The notes: generated by a model not told the origin, from the sequence alone. A stretch of 64,000 nucleotides of DNA from Heteronotia binoei (GCF_032191835.1 NC_083240.1:10540001-10604000), one strand, 5' to 3'. Positions 48,811-59,110 are shown, counted from the first letter of the stretch. Numbers and translations are program-made.

Positions 48811-49768
48811 TTTCACATCATCGTTCACGTGACCTTTGGAGTTAGAGACAGCAAGGATTGAACTCACGACTTGCTGCATGCCAAGCACATCTTCTACCCC
48901 TGAGCCATAGCGCCTCTCTAAATCAAGCAGCCTTCTACTGAGTCAGCACCTTGATCTATCTCTGTCAGTATTGTCTACTCTGACTGGTAGCGGCTCTCCA
49001 GGGGCAGAGAAAGGCCTTTCTGAATCCCTGGCAGCTGAGCTCTTTTAATCAGAGATTCTGGGGACTGAACCTGGAGTCTTCTGTATGCCATGGAGGTCCT
49101 CTGCCTGAGCCATGGCCTTGCATATGTAAAGTAATGAATTCATACATGTTTGGTGTAGCGGTTGAGTGGGCAGACTCTTATCTGGGAGAACCAGATTTGA
49201 TTCTCCACTCCTCCACATGCAGCAGCTGGAGTGACCTTGGGTCAGCCACACGTTCTTACAGAGTTGATCTGCTCAAGAGCAGTTCTGGGAGAGCACTCTC
49301 AGCCCCACCTACCTCACAGGCCGTGTTCCCTCCAAGCTGAGTTACCACGAGCTAGAGTTTTTTAGCCTCCAGCCCACATATTTTTTTGTCTCGGCTCACG
49401 GAAAATGGCTCCAGAGCAAACTGATTCATGCAGTAGCTCACAACTTTAATGCCACGAGCTCAAGAAGTAGAATTTCTGCTCACGAGACTCCACAGTTTAG
49501 AAGGAGTACAGCCAGGGTGTCTGTTGTGGGGAGGGGAAAGGAGATTGTAAGCTGCTTTGAGACTCCTTTGGCTAGTGAAGAGCGGGGTATAAATCCAATC
49601 CCTTCTTCTTCTTCTAATTTGTTATATAGTTGGACGGCAACTTACGTATATACGGCAATTACAACACTGTATTGGTGCTATTATAACGGAACAGCTAGAC
49701 ATTGCAAAATTATAAATACATTTAAAATACGATCCATCAACACTGGATCAGATGAGCCGGGGCCAGAG

Positions 49769-50239
49769 TCAGAAGGCAGTACGGGGCACGAAGATTAGGA
49801 GACTAGGGGGGGGGCCACAAATGGCTTGGCTGGAGACGTCTCCAGAACCAGGCCTCTCAGCTTCCAGTGCTTTGGCTGTTTCCTTCCACCACGATCTCAG
49901 CGTGTGGTCTGCTCCCTTGGCTAATAAAAGCTCCATCAAAGAGCAGTGCCCTTTTTCTGCAGCAAGGTGCAGCGGAGTCTTGCCGAGCCAGCCGGCCGCG
50001 TTGACGTCAGCTCCGTGGTCCAGGAGGCAGCCGGCGACGCTGACGTGACCGCTGCTGGCTGCTCGGTGCAGCGGGGTCAGATTCAAGCCATCCCTTCCGT
50101 TAACTCCAGCGGTGCCTCCATTTACCAAGAGGCAGACGACGGGCAGATGTCCCGCAGTTGCGGCTTTGTGGAGAGCAGAGCAGCCGTAGCGGTCGGTTAT
50201 GTTCGTGTCTGCCTTGGCTTGGAGGAGCAATTTCACAAC
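49769..50239 (-). CDS. ANKRD65: ANKRD65 last coding exon
   Basis: ctctctttag| VVKLLLQAKADTNITDRYGCSALHKAA...GLNLTPLHRAASSGHVSVAGCLLDHGADVNAAGWLGKTPLHLAAEKGH...*. Confidence 0.92.
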   Translation of the reverse strand, partial: VVKLLLQAKADTNITDRYGCSALHKAATAGHLPVVCLLVNGGTAGVNGRDGLNLTPLHRAASSGHVSVAGCLLDHGADVNAAGWLGKTPLHLAAEKGHCSLMELLLAKGADHTLRSWWKETAKALEAERPGSGDVSSQAICGPPPSLLIFVPRTAF

Positions 50240-50593
50240 CTAAAGAGAGAGGGAGAGGAATTCAGAAAGACCGGCCGCCCATTTAGCATCTCTGCGTTCA
50301 AACCAACCCCATGACTGGGAGCCATTTGTATGGCTCACAGATGTCTAGAGTGGCTAACTCCAAGTCAGGAAGCTCCTGGAGATTTGGGGGTGGAGCTGGG
50401 GAGAGGAAGGAACCTTGCCAGGGTAGAATGCTATTGGCAGGGGTGTCGAACATATGGCCTGTGGGCCAGAACTGACCCATCTGGCCCACAAGCAACTGGA
50501 CATCACCTACACTGCTGGACGATGGAGGCTGTGCATTGTGTCCCTGAACACTGTGGCAGCTTTCTCTATCCCAGGCATAATTTTGGAAACCTC

Positions 50594-51565
50594 CAGAGCT
50601 TTTTTTTGTAGCAGGAAGGAACTCCTTTGCTTATTAGGCCATGCCCCCCTGATGCAACCAGTCCTCCAAGAGCTTACATGAGGCCCTGCACGAAGAGCCC
50701 TGTAAGCTCTTGTAGGATTGGCTAAAAAAGGTAAAGGAAGAAGAAGAAGATGATGATATTGGATTTATATCCCGCCCTCCACTCCGAAGAGTCTCAGAGC
50801 GGCTCACAATCTCCTTTACCTTCCTCCCCCACAACAGACACCCTGTGAGGTAGATGAAGATATTGGATTTATATCCCGCCCTCCACTCCGAAGAGTCTCA
50901 GAGCGGCTCATAATCTCCTTTACCTTCCTTTCCCACAACAGACACCCTGTGAGGTAGATGAAGATATTGGATTTATATCCCACCCTCCACTCCGAAGAGT
51001 CTCAGAGTGGCTCACAATCTCCTCTATCTTCTTCCCCCACAACAGACACCCTGTGAGATAGGTGAAGACATTGGATTTATATCCCGCCCTCCACTCCGAA
51101 GAGTCTCAGAGCGGCTCACAATCTCCTTTACCTTCCTCCCCCACAACAGACACCATGTGAGGTGGGTGGGGCTGGAGAGGGCTCTCACAGCAGCTGCCCT
51201 TTCAAGGACAACCTCTGCCAGAGCTATGGCTGACCCAAGGCTACGCTAGCAGGTGCAAGTGGAGGAGTGGGGAATCAAACCTGGTTCTTCCAGATAAGAG
51301 TCCGCACACTTAACCACTGCACCAAACTGGCTCTCCAAACTGGCAAGCTGGGTACTCATTTGACCGACCTCGGAAGGATGGAAGGCTGAGTCAACCTCGA
51401 GCCGGCTACCTGAAAACCCAGCTTCCGCCAGGATCGAACTCAGGTCGTGAGCAGAACTTAGGACTGTAGTCTTGCAGCTTTACCACTCTGCACCACGGGG
51501 CTCTTGTAGGATTGGCTACACCTTCCTAATATGCAAAGGAGTTCCAGCTACAAAAAAAAGCCCTG
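50594..51565. mobile_element. hAT MITE containing a nested Sauria SINE, which in turn contains a Squam2-like SINE with 4 tail units; the whole sits in a CR1 fragment
   Basis: MITE TSD GAAACCTC (50586-50593, 51566-51573). Sauria SINE tail aaaggtaaagg at about 50726 and head ...ccacggggctc at about 51503, with TSD ttgtaggattggcta. Squam2 array at about 50736-51335. Confidence 0.8.
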
Positions 51566-52108
51566 GAAACCTCTATCATATCACCCCTCAATAGTCATTT
51601 TCCCCAAGCTAAAGAGCCCTAACCTCCTTAACATTTCCTCATAAGAAGGTGTTCCATCTATTATTTAATTTAATTTAATAATCTGCATCTTTTCCAAAGC
51701 TATGATACTATTTTTGAGGTATGATGACCAGAACTGGATACAATATTCCAAATGAGGCTGCACCGTAGATTTATACAGGAGTATTCTAATACTGGCTGGT
51801 TTGTTTTCGGTTCCCTTCCTAATAATCCCCAGCATAGCATTTGCTTTTTTAAATTGCAATCGCACACTGAGTTGACATCTTCAGTGAGTCGTGTACCATG
51901 ACTCCCACCAGGTCAGTTGTAGCTTCTTGGGGAAAGGGCCAGCTCTCTTTGTTACCCTTCCAACAAAGCCATCTCCTGCTGTCAGCTTACTGCAAGGCCT
52001 GCTAGCTCCCCAACCTCTTCCAGTTAAAAAGCCCAGCAGGAACTCATTTGGATGGCTAAGCATGTGTGTGTCCAGCGTGGTCAAGTCTCAGCCAACTTGC
52101 GGCAACCC

Positions 52109-52810
52109 CAGCAAGGGGCTTTCAATGCAAGTGAGAAGCAGAGGGGGTTGCCCATGGCCTTCCTCTGCAGTCTTCCTTGGTGTGATCTCCCATCCAAGTA
52201 CCAACCCTCCTTAGCTCCTCCAGCAAGGGGCTTTCAAGGCAAGCAAGAAACAGAGGGGGTTGGCCATTGCCTTTCTCTGCAGAGCCTTCCTTGGTGGTCT
52301 CCCATCCAAGTACCAACCCTCCTTAGCTCCTCCAGCAAGGGGCTTTCAAGGCAAGCAAGAAACAGAGGGGGTTGGCCATTGCCTTTCTCTGCAGAGCCTT
52401 CCTTGGTGGTCTCCCACCCAACTACCAACCCTCCTTAGCTCCTCCAGCAAGGGGCTTTCAAGGCAAGCAAGAAACAGAGGGGGCTGGCCATTGCCTTTCT
52501 CTGCAGAGCCTTCCTTGGTGGTCTCCAAACCAAGTACTGATCCTGCTTAACTTCCCCAGCAAGGGGCTTTCAAGGCAAGTGAGAAGCAGAGGTGGTTGGC
52601 CATTGCTTTCCTCTGCAGAGTCTTCCTTGGTAGTCTCCCATCCAAGTACCAGTCCTGCTCAGCTCCCCCAGCAAGGGGCTTTCAAGGCAAGTGAGAAGCA
52701 GAGGCGGTTGGCCATTGTCTTTCCTTGCAGAGTCTTCCTTGGTGGTCTTCCTTCCAAGTACCTCACCCTGCTTAGCTTCTGAGATCTGATGAGACCAGTT
52801 TATACTACAC
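52109..52810 (-). repeat. Six-unit 112-bp tandem array derived from the body of a 5S-derived SINE
   Basis: Units start at cagcaagggg at 52109, 52221, 52333, 52445, 52557 and 52669. Each carries a (minus-strand) gtacttggatgggagacc-like box C. A single 5S box A head lies at about 52770-52795. Confidence 0.88.
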
Positions 52811-53465
52811 TGCCTTCCCTCCCAGCTGGTGAAATATTGTTCCGATTTTTTTTCCCAAAGCATTAAATTATAGAGCAATAATAGGTGCTTTGCAGCACCA
52901 TTCTAAGCAGCGTCGCACCCTTTTAAGGCCATTGGCTTCAACGGATTTAGAAGGGAGTAATTCTGTTTTATGAATGCAGTTTTAGTTACCAACAGGCTTT
53001 ATAAGGATGCTACCTGCAAAACCCCATGAGGTAATTGTTTCACAGCAGCAGGATCATTAACTTTTAATACAATGCTAATGGCTTGTCATTTAACGTTCAT
53101 TAAGGTTTGTCTAAATGGAAGCAATCGCAACTGATTCTTCCATTTGGTTTTTAACCAGGAATGCTGAGGTCAGTTTAAACTCCCGGGCGTTTTTTTTTTT
53201 TTTTTAAGTGAAATTCAAACAGAAATAAAGTAGCAGCCGCATTCTTTTTAAAAAAAGCTAATTTAACAAAGGCAGCTTTGGCGGCAAACGATGCCAAATG
53301 AAACGCTTCCAGAGCGGAGTTGTCAAAGGGTCGATTTGATTGCTAAGAATTCTGAAGCTCTGCTCTCCGTTGAAAACTGTATAATGGCATTCTGACTCAT
53401 GGAAGCTCGAGGCGAAACAGGGATTTACGCGCAACCCTGTCGCGTCTTCGTGCCTTGCTGCGTTA

Positions 53466-54047
53466 GGGAGGGACGGTGGCTCAGTGGTAGAGCATCTGCT
53501 TGGGAAGCAGAAGGTCCCAGGTTCAATCCTCGGCATCTCCAACTAAAAAAGGGTCCAGGCAAATAGGTGTGGAAAACCTCAGCTTGAGACCCTGGAGAGC
53601 AGGGGAGGGACGGTGGCTCAGTGGTAGAGCATCTGCTTGGGAAGCAGAAGGTCCCAGGTTCAATCCCCGGCATCTCCAACTAAAAAGGGTCCAGGCAAGT
53701 AGGCGTGAAAAACCTCAGCTTGAGACCCTGGAGAGCCACTGCCAGTCTGAATGGACAATACTGACTTTGATGGACCGAGGGTCTGACTCAGCAGAAGGCA
53801 GCTTCATATGTTCGTATATAGATTCACAGGTCAAAGGGGAGGGACGGTGGCTCAGTGGTAGAGCATCTGCTTGGTAAGCAGAAGGTCCCAAGTTCAATCC
53901 CCAGCATCTCCAACTAAAAAGGGTCCAGGCAAGAAGGTGTGAAACACCTCAGCTTGAGACCCTGGAGAGCCGCTGCCAGTCTGAGAAGACAATACTGACT
54001 TTGATGGACCAAAGGTCTGATTCAGTATAAGGCAGCTTCATATGTTC
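53466..54047 (+). mobile_element. Three tandem tRNA-derived Squam3-like SINEs (53466-53600, 53604-53810, 53838-54047)
   Basis: Each begins gggagggacggtggctcagtggtagagcatctgctt(ggg/ggt)aagcagaaggtccca(g/a)gttcaatcc (boxes A and B) and continues into SINE body gagaccctggagagc...gatggacc...aaggcagcttcatatgttc. Confidence 0.85.
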
Positions 54048-54933
54048 ATATGTACACCATTCCACCCTTCTTCTTAAAAAGAAAGACTGGGGCACTGGAC
54101 TCCGTTTTAGAATTGACTTTGTCAACACAGCCCAGACCCTCATATTGAGAATTTTGGGTACGGGCGGACTCAAGTGTTTTGCCACCTCAAATGTGACTGA
54201 ATTCACTTTTTTGTGTGTGTAAATACACTGCTATTGTTGTAAGTTTCTATTAATTTGTTTATATCTTAGGCTGGTTTTCGCGGAGGTCTTTGTACCTTTC
54301 TTCTGCTCCATTTCTGCGATTCTCTGTTTGGTTGCTGTAAACTCAGAGTGGGGTCTGCAGATCTCCTGCTATTATAATTGATCCCCAGGCAATAATCAGT
54401 TCCCTTGGAGAAAACGGCTGCTTTGGAGGGTGGACTCTCTGACATTAGACCCTGCTGAGGCTCCTCCCCTTCCCAAACTCCGCCCTCTTCAGGCTCCACC
54501 CTCAAAATCTCCAGGGATTTCCCAGCGCTGCCAACCCTACAGAGTGACTCACACCGGAGAGACTGAGGTTCAGTTCCCTACTTAGAAATAAAGCTAACAT
54601 AGTGATTCTGGATCAGTAGCATTTTTTGTTCCAGCCTAAGCTACCTCGCAGGGTAGGTGTGGGGCAAAAATAGAGGAGCAGGAGAACCCAGGATGCCAGC
54701 GTCAGCTCCTTAAAGGAAAGGCAAGAAGGAAAAAAATGAGCTGAAATGGCAGCATCTGCAATGGCATTCTTGGTTTCATGCAACGTTCAGCAATACTGGA
54801 CTAGAGCCGGATTGTAGGTAGTCAAGGAGCAAAAACTAGCTGGACAGTTTCGACAGAATGAATGCCCAAGCACAGCTCCCCCTGGCTCCATCATTGCCTT
54901 CCTGGTTGAAGCAGAGAGAAATGCCAGCATCCG

Positions 54934-55989
54934 CAGGGCTTTTTTTGAAGAAGGAACTCCTTTGCATATTAGGCCACACACCCCTGATGTAGCCAATCCT
55001 CCTCGAGCTTCCAGTAGGCCTTGTACGAAGAGCCCTGGAAGCTCTTGGAGAATTGGCTACATTAGAGAGGTGCAGCCTAATATGCAGAGGAATCATAGAA
55101 TCATAGAGTTGGAAGGTACCTCTAGGGTCATCTAGTCCAACCCCCTGCACAATGCAGGAGACTCACAACCCCCCCCCACCTAAATTCACAGGATCTTCAT
55201 CACTGTCAGATGGCCATCTAGCCTCTGTATAAAAACCTCCAAGGAAGGAGAGCCCACCACCTCCTGAGGAAGGAAGGAAGGAAGGAAGGAAGGAAGGAAG
55301 GAAGGAAGGAAGGAAGGAAGGAAGGAAGGAAGGAAGGAAGGAAGGAAGGAAGGAATCATAGAGTTGGAAGGGACCTCTAGGGTCATCTAGTCCAACCCCC
55401 TGCACAATGCAGGAGACTCACAAACCCCTCCCCCTAAATTCACAGGATCTTCATCACTGTCAGATGGCCATCTAGCCTCTGTTTAAAAACCTCCAAGGAA
55501 GGAGAGCCCACCACCTCCTGAGGAAGGAAGGAAGGAAGGAAGGAAGGAAGGAAGGAAGGAAGGAAGGAAGGAAGGAAGGAAGGAATCATAGAATCATGGA
55601 AGGGACCTCTAGGGTCATCTAGTCCAACCCCCCGCACAATACAGGAAACTCACAAACCCCTCCCCCTAAATTCACAGGATCTTCATCACTGTCAGATGGC
55701 CATCTAGCCTCTGTTTAAAAACCTCCAAGGAAGGAGAGCCCACCACCTCCCGAGAAAGCCTGTTCCACTGAGGAATCGCTCTAATTCTTGAAGAACAGGA
55801 GAGGTGCCGGAAGACTGGAGGCGGGCGAATGTTGTCCCCATCTTCAAGAAGGGGGAAAAAGAGGATCTGGGTAACTACCGACCCATCAGCTTGACATCTA
55901 TACCTGGAAAAGTTTTAGAACAAATCATCAAACAGTCGGTCCTGGAACATTTAGAAAGAGCGGAGTTCCTGCTACAAAACAAAGTCCTG
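54934..55989. mobile_element. hAT MITE interrupted by a 5'-inverted CR1 insertion with a triplicated 3' end
   Basis: MITE halves at 54934-55089 and about 55961-55989 (TSD agcatccg/ggcatctg). Minus-strand CR1 3' ends at 55090-55267, 55353-55521 and 55583-55790. Plus-strand CR1 RT piece at about 55803-55960 (PEDWRRANVVPIFKKGEKEDLGNYRPISLTSIPGKVLEQII). Confidence 0.8.
55268..55585 (+). repeat. Two (GGAA)n microsatellites: 55268-55355 (22 units) and 55522-55585 (16 units)
   Basis: Direct reading. Confidence 0.95.
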
Positions 55990-56466
55990 GGCATCTGTAT
56001 ATTTATTCAGAAAAGCAGGCTATGAATGTGATGTGCAGAAAGGGCCATTGCATCACAGCTCGCAACCCTGTAGGGTTTTCAAGGTCAGAGATGTGCAGAG
56101 GTGGTTGCCTATGACAACCCTGCACAGCAACCCTGGCCTTCTTTGCTGGTCTCCCCTCCAAGTACTAACCGGGGCCAACCTTGTTTAGTTTCCAAGATCT
56201 GACGAGACCATCCGGATCAGGGCAAACAAAAAGGTGGTTTGCCGTTGCCTGCCTCTGCGTAGCAACCCTGGACTTCCACAGCGGTCTCCCATCCAAAGAC
56301 TAGCCAGGGCTGACCCTGCTTGGCTTCCAGGATCTAGTTGGAAAGGCTGAGGGACTCGGGCCAACGCTATGATTCTATCAGACCAAGCTAGCCCAGGTCA
56401 TCCAGGTCAGGACGCAAATGTAATACACAGGGGAAAAAAATGATCCAGGGGAAGTTGCAGCCTTAC

Positions 56467-57016
56467 CTCCACAGTGCCGTTGCGAGAAGCAATCGAAAGG
56501 GGCGTCCTTCCCGAAGAATCCTGAGCATCCACTTCAGCCCCCGCAGCGAGCAAGAGACGCAGAGCTTCGATTTGTCCCGCCTCAGCTGCTACATGTAATG
56601 GCGTGACTCCCCCCTCGCTACCGAGATCTGGGCTGGTGCCCTGGGACATCAGAAAGTCCATGACGGGCAGCTGGTTGTTGACGGCTGCCCAGTGCAAGGC
56701 TGCCCACTGGTTGGCATCCTCGGCAGCAGGATCTGCCCCTTGCCTCACGAGCAGCTGGACCATCAGGATGTGTCCATTGGCAGCCGCACAGTGCAGCGGG
56801 GTCAGACGTCCTTCGGTCGCCACGTTCACCGGCGTGCCCCGAGCGAGGAGGAACTCCGCCACTTGGGTATGGCTGCTCCAAGCGGCATGGTGCAACGGCG
56901 TGTAGGAAGCCTCGGTGCGGGCATGGACCACTGCACCACGCTGGATGAGGAATCTGACCAAAGCGGAATAGCCATTCAAGGAAGCCAAATGCAATGGAGT
57001 CCACCCATTCGCGTCC
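56467..57016 (-). CDS. ANKRD65: ANKRD65 middle coding exon (ankyrin repeats)
   Basis: ctctttccag| (R)DANGWTPLHLASLNGY...SYTPLHHAAWSSH...RLTPLHCAAANGH...QWAALHWAAVNNQ...GVTPLHVAAEAGQ...GRTPLSIASRNGTVE |gtaagg. Confidence 0.93.
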
Positions 57017-57440
57017 CTGGAAAGAGTTGGAGAAACAAGCCCCAGAGGTGTTTCTCCCCAAAGGAGAGCGACAAGTGGCATGTCATAAAAACATAAGAAC
57101 CTCGCTGGATCAAAGTAGTGGTTCGTCTAGTCCAGCATCCTGTTTCACACAGTGGTCAACAGCAGGGCAGAGAGGTCAAGGCCTTCAGAAGAACATAAGA
57201 AGAGCCCTGCTGGATCAGACCAGTGGTCCACCTAGTCCAGTCCAAAGGTTTGATTCCGCAGTGCTCCCTCTGAAGCTTGCAGAGAGCTGCATTCATAATT
57301 GGTGGTGGAAGGCGCCATCAAGTCAGTCAGCTCATGGCGACACCGTGACTTATGGCGACCCATGATGACGCAATGGGGTTTTCAAGGCAAAAACTGAAAA
57401 GAGGCAGGGCTTTTTTGGTAGAAAAAGCCCAGCAGGGTCT

Positions 57441-57678
57441 TTAGGGTTTGTAGAGTCTTTTGGGATCAAGTGCCGTGTTCTATTGGAGAAAGTTTTCCTT
57501 CCAGACGTTTCGTTCTCAGCTGCGGAGAACATCCTCAGTGGCGCTGAGGATGTTCTCCGCAGCTGAGAACGAAACGTCTGGAAGGAAAACTTTCTCCAGT
57601 AGAATACGGCACTTGATCCCGAAAGACTCTACAAACCCTAATGATGTTACCAGCCGTGAAAACCTGAAATCTTTAATA
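57441..57678. mobile_element. Penelope-like element insertion forming a 98-bp-arm palindrome (5-nt loop) plus 37-nt tail, 12-bp TSD
   Basis: Arms 57441-57538 and 57544-57641 (3 mismatches). Tail 57642-57678. TSD CCAGCAGGGTCT at 57429-57440 and 57679-57690. Same family as 48355-48810. Confidence 0.88.
57501..57541 (-). ncRNA. Minimal type I hammerhead ribozyme motif, sense to ANKRD65 pre-mRNA
   Basis: Minus strand CCA-CUGAGGA-U-GUUCUC-cgcagcu-GAGAAC-GAAA-CGUC^UGG. A second core on the plus strand (57544-57581) has lost the 5' strand of stem I. Confidence 0.75.
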
Positions 57679-57822
57679 CCAGCAGGGTCTCATTGGTGTC
57701 TTAGGCCACACCCCCTGACAGCACCATTGTTTTGTGCAGGGCTTTTTCTACCAGCACAAACTCATTTGCATATCAGACCACACCCTCTGCATTCCTGCTC
57801 GAAAAAAGCCCTGGCGACACCG

Positions 57823-58067
57823 AGACCGATTTCGCACTCACCTTATGCCGCTCTCCCGTTCGTCTTCTCAGTGCGGCTTTCTTCCTGATTTCTCACTATC
57901 TGCCCCTGTTCGCGCAGCAAACAGAAGCTGGTTTTTAGCAGTTTCTGTTTGCTGCACAAAAATGGCGATGCTTGCTGCAGCCCCGGGGCAGATAGTGGGA
58001 AATTGGAAGGAAGCCGCGCTGAGAAGACAAACGCGAGAGCGGCGTAAGGTGAGTGCAAAATCGGTCT
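57823..58067. mobile_element. 245-bp palindromic MITE (TIR AGACCGATTTCGCACTCACC)
   Basis: Long imperfect terminal arms and a central hairpin gcagcaaacagaagctg/cagtttctgtttgctgc. Superfamily not determined. Confidence 0.7.
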
Positions 58068-58649
58068 ATGACTTATGGAGACGCATGGTGACCTGATGGG
58101 GTTTTCAGGGCAAAAGATGAACAGAGTCAGGGCTTTTTTTTTTTGTAGAAAAAGCCCTGCAGGAGCTCATTTGCATATTAGGCCACACACTCCTTATGCC
58201 AAGCCAGCCGGAACTGCGTATCTGCTCAAAAAAAGCCCGGAACAGAGGCCGCGTGCCTTTGCCTGCCTCTGGGCAGCAACCCTGGACTTCTGGGATAGCA
58301 ACTTCCAGTACCAACCCCAGACTTCCTTCCTGGTCACCCCATCTGAGTCTAACCACAGTCAACCTTGTTTAGCGACTGAGGGCTGATGAGATCTGGCTAG
58401 CCTGGGTCAGGGCCCCTTTGCGACAACTATCAACCAAAAGAGCCATGTTTTATTTTCATCCCTATTTAGAGGTGTACAAGCCAAGAAGGCTTGCAGCTCA
58501 TCCATTCCTGTGGTGCCTGGTTCAAGATGGGAACCATGTGCCCAGCACAGTCTCAACCAGGTAATGGCTTTGTCCATTTTCTTGAAACTTGGGGCAGGTG
58601 TCACATGGGGGGACAGCGCTCAGGAGAGCAACAAGTGGCATGTCATAAA

Positions 58650-59110
58650 AGCATAAGAACCCTGCTGGATCAAAGTAGTGGTTCATCTCGTCCAGCATCC
58701 TATTTCACACAGTGGTCAACAACAGGGCAGAGAGGTCAAGGCCTTCAGAAGAACATAAGAAGAGCCCTGCTGGATCAGACCAGTGGCCCACCTAGTCCAG
58801 CCTCCTGTCTCACACAGTGGCCAACCATTTCATCTGGAAGGCCAACAGCAGGGCAGAGAGGCTCAGGCCTTTTTAAGAATATCAGAAGAGTCCTGCTGGA
58901 TCAGACCGGTGGTCCATCTAGTCCAGCATCCTATCTCACACAGCAGCCAACCAATTCCTCTGGATGGCCAACAACAGGGCAGACAGGCTGAGGCCTTCCC
59001 CTGAGAAGAACATCAGAAGAGCCCTGCTGGATCAGACCACTGGTCCATCTAGCCCAGCATTTTGTCTCACACAGAGGCCAATCAGTTTCTCTGGATGGAC
59101 AATAACAGGG
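58650..59110 (-). repeat. Tandem CR1 3'-tail array (4 units, about 95-130 bp)
   Basis: Units aagaaca(t)cagaagagccctgctggatcagacc...agggcagagagg at about 58652, 58747, 58876 and 59003. Confidence 0.75.

Noticed and set aside
53466-53910. tRNA-Pro(GGG)/Thr(GGT) genes
   Set aside because: The acceptor stems do not close properly, there is no oligo-T terminator, and each head continues into a SINE body; these are Squam3-like SINEs.
58480-58520. Possible decayed duplicate of the ANKRD65 exon start (aatggatgagctgcaagccttcttggctt)
   Set aside because: Only about 60% identity over about 28 nt, which is compatible with chance.
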